DNA from: Vibrio vulnificus CMCP6 | GTDB taxonomy: Bacteria; Pseudomonadota; Gammaproteobacteria; Enterobacterales; Vibrionaceae | Assembly (NCBI RefSeq): GCF_000039765.1 | Contig: NC_004459.3 | Span: 2,091,127-2,123,126 of the forward strand | Length of the DNA: 32,000 nucleotides | Reading direction: 5' to 3' | Part shown: positions 25,145 to 32,000 of the stretch, one piece after another | Layout of the letters: every line of letters starts with the position of its first letter | Numbering within the stretch: position 1 is the stretch's first letter | Translations under genes and position numbers: made by a program | The notes under the pieces: generated by a model | Told to the model about the DNA's origin: nothing | Databases searched by the model: none | What the model saw: only the letters and a program-made list of their open reading frames with translations

Positions 25145-26092
25145 ATGAAAAAGACTCTAGTAGCTCTAGCAGTTATGGCGGTTGCAGGCTCTGCAAACGC
25201 AGGTATCGAACTTTACAAGAAAGATGCTGTTTCTGTAACAATGGGTGGTGACATCGAAGTTGTTTACATAAAAGGTCTTAAAGATGGTTCTGAGCTTCAG
25301 CAAGAAATCCAAGACGCTGACGTAAGTTTTGATGTTCGTTACGCAGTAAACGACCAAGTACAGTTTGGTGGTTTCTGGGAATTCCAAGACTTGGGCGATA
25401 ACAAAGGCGACGCATACGTTGCTGCTTACGCTGGTGCACACACTTTCAAAGTTGGTAAACTATGTACCTCTCTTGACGACGCTGGCATTGGTAGTGACTA
25501 CCAATTTGGTCTAGAGACATTCTTCTCTGAGTCAGAAGTATACTGTGACAAAGAAGTTATGCGTTACGACTTCGATTCTGGTGATTTCTACGCAACTGCA
25601 GCTCTACGTCAGTTCCGTTTATCTGAAGATCTAAATAAAGATTCTAAATACTATGATGGCCGTATTGGTTACCGTGGTTTGAAAGATTTTGATTTCACTG
25701 CGTTTGTTGGTTCAGCTGACCTTGTAACTCATGATGAAACACTTTGGTCTCTACAGGCTCGTTACAACGGTGTAGAAAATCTTGGTTTAGCTGCAGCTTA
25801 CTACTCAATGGATAACGACACTGTAACTACAAGCACTATCGCTTTTGCAGCGACGTACAAACTAGATGTTGTTAAGTTAGCAGCTGGTGTTGCAGTTTCA
25901 GATTCAGATGAAGCTGGTGCAAAAGACGTTACTGGTTGGTACGTGAATGCTGGTTATCCTCTAGCTCCTAACGCAACTCTATATGCAGAAGTTGGTGCTA
26001 ACGATGCTTACTCAAATGTAGGTACAGAGCAAGCTCCAGTAATGAAGCAAAACGGTACTGGTTTCGCATTTGGTGTGAAAGCATCATTCTAA
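25145..26092 (+). CDS. Outer-membrane porin (Vibrio OmpT-like by position)
   Basis: 315 aa. It has the signal peptide MKKTLVALAVMAVAGSANA, alternating beta-strand sequence rich in Y, G and D, and a C-terminal ...FGVKASF. The dinG-porin-yccT arrangement matches what I recall around V. cholerae ompT. This is from memory and unverified. Confidence 0.75.
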   Translation: MKKTLVALAVMAVAGSANAGIELYKKDAVSVTMGGDIEVVYIKGLKDGSELQQEIQDADVSFDVRYAVNDQVQFGGFWEFQDLGDNKGDAYVAAYAGAHTFKVGKLCTSLDDAGIGSDYQFGLETFFSESEVYCDKEVMRYDFDSGDFYATAALRQFRLSEDLNKDSKYYDGRIGYRGLKDFDFTAFVGSADLVTHDETLWSLQARYNGVENLGLAAAYYSMDNDTVTTSTIAFAATYKLDVVKLAAGVAVSDSDEAGAKDVTGWYVNAGYPLAPNATLYAEVGANDAYSNVGTEQAPVMKQNGTGFAFGVKASF

Positions 26093-26116
26093 TCCAAATG
26101 GATTTATTTATACTAA

Positions 26117-26144
26117 ACACCCTCGAGAGAGGGTGTTTTTTTTT
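26117..26144 (+). terminator. Rho-independent terminator of the porin gene
   Basis: acaccctc (26117-26124) pairs with gagggtgt (26129-26136) across a 4-nt loop, followed by a run of 9 T. Confidence 0.9.
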
Positions 26145-26165
26145 GGATAATAACCGGAGATAGTT

Positions 26166-26789
26166 ATGCTTAGAGTACTAGGTTTAGCAGGCATGCTGAT
26201 GTCGTTCAATATTCACGCAGCGATGATCTCGCCAGTTTCTGGCGTGAAGATTCTATTTGCTAATGGAACGGAAGTGGATGAGCCTTTAGAGCCGATGGAA
26301 GTGGATGCCAAAAGCGCTCAACTTGTTGTTCGCTATGCAGCAGAGCTTGGCTCAGGTAGTAACCAAAAGGTTTTTGACTCCGCTCCTTTCGTCATAACCA
26401 TTGACAATCTCAGTGAAGATATCAAGTTGTATCCACCGAAAGTATTTAGTTATGAGCAAGCAAATCGTGAGTTCAACACATCACCTAAATGGCGCATTGA
26501 AGGCGTAAGTGGTAAAGAAATTTCCTACAGCCAAGAGAAGCTAAAAGGGAATGAAGGATTTATGCCGTACTATGGCATGGAAGCTCTAATCGCCAAGCAC
26601 AATGAAGAGCGAGGAATCGTATTTTCAGCAGGGGTTGTAAAAGCAGAGGTAGTAACAACGGATAAGATGGTCGAAAAGCCCGCTACCACTAAAAATGCAG
26701 ATGCATTAGTCCAACTCCAACACTGGTATAAACAAGCATCGACTGAAGAGCGCAAAGCTTTCCGCAAGTGGATGGTGGATCAAGAGTAA
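26166..26789 (+). CDS. yccT: UPF0319 (YccT-family, DUF2057) periplasmic protein
   Basis: 207 aa with the signal peptide MLRVLGLAGMLMSFNIHA. The C-terminal LQHWYKQASTEERKAFRKWM parallels E. coli YccT ([20 protein letters not shown]). Confidence 0.8.
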   Translation: MLRVLGLAGMLMSFNIHAAMISPVSGVKILFANGTEVDEPLEPMEVDAKSAQLVVRYAAELGSGSNQKVFDSAPFVITIDNLSEDIKLYPPKVFSYEQANREFNTSPKWRIEGVSGKEISYSQEKLKGNEGFMPYYGMEALIAKHNEERGIVFSAGVVKAEVVTTDKMVEKPATTKNADALVQLQHWYKQASTEERKAFRKWMVDQE

Positions 26790-26809
26790 TCGTATTTACG
26801 TTACTGCTT

Positions 26810-26833
26810 AAGTTAGGGCATTAGCCCTAACTT
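26810..26833. terminator. Hairpin between convergent yccT and rluE, overlapping the rluE stop codon (no U tract)
   Basis: aagttagggc (26810-26819) pairs with gccctaactt (26824-26833) across a 4-nt loop. The rluE stop codon (complement of cta, 26827-26829) lies inside the right arm. Confidence 0.35.
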
Positions 26834-27531
26834 GGTAAGGAAATTTCCTTCCACTCGCCGGGTTGAAGATCTTGTAACGTCATTCCTCCCATCGAGTAAC
26901 GAACTAGCCTTAAAGTCGGGAAGCCAATATGGGCCGTCATGCGTCGCACTTGACGATTTCTTCCTTCAATAATCGTAATGGCTAGCCAAGTGGTGGGGAT
27001 TGCAGCACGAAATCGGACAGGGGGATTTCTTTCCCACAACTGAGGATCTTGGATAATCTCCACTTGAGCGGGTAACGTCAGCCCATCTTTCAGCTCAACA
27101 CCACGGCGAAGAGGTTCGAGTTGTGCCTCGGTCGGAGCGCCTTCTACTTGTACCCAATAGGTTTTAGGCGATTTGGATTTTGGCTGAGTCAGTTTGGCTT
27201 GCAGTATGCCATCATTGGTTAACACCATCAGGCCTTCACTGTCACGATCTAATCTTCCCGCAGCGTATACTTCTTTGACAGGAATAAAGTCTGCTAACGT
27301 TTTTCTACCTTCACCATCGGTAAATTGGCTGAGCGTGTCATATGGCTTATTGAAGATAATGATTTTACGTTCTGCTAACGACAAAGATTTTTTGCTCTGT
27401 TCATTGTTCTTCCGCTTTACACTATGTCTTTTTGGCGAGCCAACAGATTGAGCTTGTCCGCTTTGTTTAAATCGCTTGGTCGCTGTTTGCTTGTTCGAGC
27501 GTGGAGAAGTGCTGCTAGAACGGAATGACAT
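26827..27531 (-). CDS. rluE: 23S rRNA pseudouridine synthase RluE
   Basis: 234 aa. A basic N-terminal tail is followed by [20 protein letters not shown], the catalytic [19 protein letters not shown] and [21 protein letters not shown]. These closely parallel E. coli RluE, and the gene is divergent from icd as in E. coli. Confidence 0.9.
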   Translation of the reverse strand: MSFRSSSTSPRSNKQTATKRFKQSGQAQSVGSPKRHSVKRKNNEQSKKSLSLAERKIIIFNKPYDTLSQFTDGEGRKTLADFIPVKEVYAAGRLDRDSEGLMVLTNDGILQAKLTQPKSKSPKTYWVQVEGAPTEAQLEPLRRGVELKDGLTLPAQVEIIQDPQLWERNPPVRFRAAIPTTWLAITIIEGRNRQVRRMTAHIGFPTLRLVRYSMGGMTLQDLQPGEWKEISLPS

Positions 27532-27822
27532 GTTAAGTACCTTGCAAAAATGTAAATGAAGTGTGTGTATAAGTTTTAACTTTCGACGGAATCGGATATG
27601 ATCTGCGCGCCTTATACTAACAATAGCGCACAGAATAATAGACTATTTTGCGTAATTTGTTTAATTATAAACGTGCACTCATGGATTTAGAGAAACTAAC
27701 TCAAAGAGTAACAACAAAGAGTGCCAAACGGCGGTTTGCACTAGGGGAGATACTGATACTCAGTGAAAGTGCAAAGCGCGTCAATTCCACTCATCTCAGC
27801 TTGCTGAGGTGTTCAAAAATAG

Positions 27823-30057
<2,235 letters not shown>

Positions 30058-30068
30058 TGCAAAAAACA

Positions 30069-30092
30069 AAACCCGCCGAAAGGCGGGTTTTT
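30069..30092. terminator. Bidirectional rho-independent terminator (icd / cspD)
   Basis: aacccgcc (30070-30077) pairs with ggcgggtt (30082-30089) across a GAAA loop. A T run follows on the + strand and an A run precedes it (aaaaaacaaa). Confidence 0.85.
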
Positions 30093-30143
30093 CAATAAGA
30101 GCTAAAGCGTTGCTTAAAAGTGAATTTTGTCGCAATACCAGTC

Positions 30144-30365
30144 TTACTTCGTTGCTTGTACTTCGAGTGGAACGACGCTGCTAGCGTGACACCCTTTCGG
30201 ACCTTTCTCAATCTCATACGTGACTTGTTGGCCCGCTTTCAGTGTACGATAACCGTCCATCTGAATCGTTGAGTAGTGGGCGAAGATGTCGCCTTCCTCT
30301 TGATCTGAACAGATAAAACCAAATCCTTTGGCGTTATTGAACCACTTTACTGTACCTGTAGCCAT
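30144..30365 (-). CDS. cspD: Cold-shock-domain protein CspD (stationary-phase replication inhibitor)
   Basis: MATGTVKWFNNAKGFGFICSDQEEGDIFAHYSTIQMDGYRTLKAGQ is nearly identical to E. coli CspD. Start is placed at ATG 30365, downstream of GAGGG. The track start (30374) adds MYS. Confidence 0.92.
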   Translation of the reverse strand: MATGTVKWFNNAKGFGFICSDQEEGDIFAHYSTIQMDGYRTLKAGQQVTYEIEKGPKGCHASSVVPLEVQATK

Positions 30366-30905
30366 GCTATACATCCCTCATGCATTTTGTTACTGATGTT
30401 GTTAGCCAATCTTTAGCCTGTGTAACAGACTGATGGCAAATTTGCTTTTAAGCTAAATTTAAGAATTTCGTGTGATGGATTTTTGGCAGTTAAACTTTTT
30501 TGCAAGTTTCGCGTTTTGCGAAGCGAAGCACTAAGTGAAGAAAAATTCATCAACACCAACCAATGTAGTCAATGATTTTGGCTAGTCAATAGTAAAAATG
30601 TATTAATAACAACATAATCGCAAACAGATCACTTTTGGGTTTAACATTTTTGCAAAAGTTTCTTTGTTGAGTGATTGAGCTTTTCCCTAAAATGAGTTGA
30701 CGTCTGATGGCAAAAGCATCAAACAGTTGCAGATAAATAGCCTTGTCTCATCTTTTTATTTGCAGCCTGCTGTGGCGTGAATTAGTCTCTAAGTAAGGGA
30801 AATTACACGCGAAGGCTAACTGACTACACCGAGCTTGGTGCTTATGGTAAAGTGTTTGCAGGTATCTGACTCTTTGTTGAAAGTCCCAAGTGTTTAATAG
30901 AAGCC

Positions 30906-31226
30906 ATGAGTAAAAATTTTGAATGGATCACTCCAGATTCGGATTTACTGGAGAAAGAAATAACCCAGATTCAACCGCCCAAGAAGTACAACGTGGTGCT
31001 AAACAACGATGATTACACCCCGATGGATTTCGTGATTGATGTTCTTGAGCGTTTTTTTTCGCATGATTTAGATAAAGCTACGCAGATCATGTTGAAAGTT
31101 CACTACGAAGGGAAAGCAATTTGTGGCACGTATAGTGCAGAGATTGCTGAAACGAAAGTAGCGCAGGTAACGATGTATTCAAGGGAAAATGAACATCCGT
31201 TGCTGTGTACGATGGAGCAAGCGTAA
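30906..31226 (+). CDS. clpS: ATP-dependent Clp protease adaptor ClpS
   Basis: 106 aa. [24 protein letters not shown]...[17 protein letters not shown] is the typical ClpS core, and the gene lies immediately upstream of clpA. Confidence 0.95.
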   Translation: MSKNFEWITPDSDLLEKEITQIQPPKKYNVVLNNDDYTPMDFVIDVLERFFSHDLDKATQIMLKVHYEGKAICGTYSAEIAETKVAQVTMYSRENEHPLLCTMEQA

Positions 31227-31273
31227 AGATAAGACTTGCTCGAGCAACCAAGTTGTTCTCACAGGAGGTACTT

Positions 31274-32000
31274 ATGCTTAATAAAGAATTAGAGTCGAGC
31301 CTGAATGGCGCTTTCGCTCGTGCTCGTGACAAACGACATGAGTTCATGACTGTTGAACACCTCCTACTCGCATTGTTGGAAAACAATGCTGCGAAGGAAG
31401 CTCTTTTGGCGTGCAAAGCCGATCTCAATGCTCTGCGATATGAACTGGATGTGTTCATTGATCAGACAACTCCTCTTATTCCAGACAATGATGAAACTCG
31501 GGAAACTCAACCTACGTTGAGCTTTCAGCGAGTGCTTCAACGAGCTGTGTTTCATGTTCAGTCTTCCGGTCGCAGTGAAGTAACTGGCGCAAATGTGCTG
31601 GTTGCTATCTTTAGTGAACAAGAATCGCACGCTGCTTATCTATTGAAAAAAAATGATATTTCACGATTGGATATCGTGAATTACATTTCTCACGGTATCA
31701 CGAAAGCATCTGGCGCGAGTGATGACTCTTCCTCTTCTTCAGATTCCTTCGGCAGCGATGCGAGTAGTGAAGAGAACAGCTCAGAAGAGCGCTTAGAAAG
31801 TTTTGCTACCAACCTCAATCAAGTTGCGAAAGATGGCCATATTGACCCTCTAATTGGCCGAGATAAAGAGTTGGAACGTACGATACAAGTACTTTGTCGC
31901 CGCCGCAAAAACAACCCACTTCTCGTTGGTGAAGCTGGGGTTGGTAAGACAGCCATTGCAGAAGGATTGGCGTGGAGAATTGTCGAGGGCTCGGTACCAG
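31274..32000 (+). CDS. clpA: ATP-dependent Clp protease ATP-binding subunit ClpA, N-terminal ~242 codons; continues past the right edge
   Basis: It is absent from the ORF track because it is truncated. ATG 31274 follows AGGAGG (31263-31268). The translation is [37 protein letters not shown]...[43 protein letters not shown], i.e. the Clp N domain plus Walker A of NBD1. Confidence 0.93.
   Translation, partial: MLNKELESSLNGAFARARDKRHEFMTVEHLLLALLENNAAKEALLACKADLNALRYELDVFIDQTTPLIPDNDETRETQPTLSFQRVLQRAVFHVQSSGRSEVTGANVLVAIFSEQESHAAYLLKKNDISRLDIVNYISHGITKASGASDDSSSSSDSFGSDASSEENSSEERLESFATNLNQVAKDGHIDPLIGRDKELERTIQVLCRRRKNNPLLVGEAGVGKTAIAEGLAWRIVEGSVP

Noticed and set aside
31087-31630. Minus-strand ORFs 31087..31458 and 31364..31630 overlapping clpS and clpA
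   Set aside because: They are antisense to two unmistakable genes (ClpS core and ClpA N domain) and are shadow ORFs.

Overview
The window reads as a Vibrionaceae (Vibrio-type) chromosomal core segment. The call rests on protein recognition and synteny only, so no species is named. It is densely packed with recognisable housekeeping genes. In order: yfbU (partial), a multi-pass membrane protein, pflA, a chemoreceptor (MCP), an LpxR-family outer-membrane protein, pflB, a 515-aa uncharacterised permease where E. coli has focA, a frameshifted orphan lipoprotein, an artPIQM-type basic amino-acid ABC transporter, an ImpA/M60-like zinc-metalloprotease lipoprotein, xthA, a second MCP, ybaM-priC-yfcA-dinG, a porin, yccT, rluE, icd, cspD, clpS and clpA (partial). 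I found no rRNA, tRNA, CRISPR array, IS element, integrase or phage genes. I also found no convincing new multi-gene system such as a defence island or toxin-antitoxin pair. The unusual signals are smaller. (1) A perfect 23-copy TAGAACC microsatellite lies between artP and artI, with two degenerate inverted copies after artI. (2) A lipoprotein gene is cut off from its own signal peptide and lipobox by a 1-nt frameshift in a Gly-codon run, and its body is AT-rich and family-less. (3) The permease in the focA position has a near-consensus FNR box with a correctly spaced -10. (4) The pflB leader contains a 13-bp perfect inverted repeat. (5) An ImpA/M60-like lipoprotein sits between the art operon and xthA. 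All functional calls come from reading the translations and from remembered family motifs. No database search was run.
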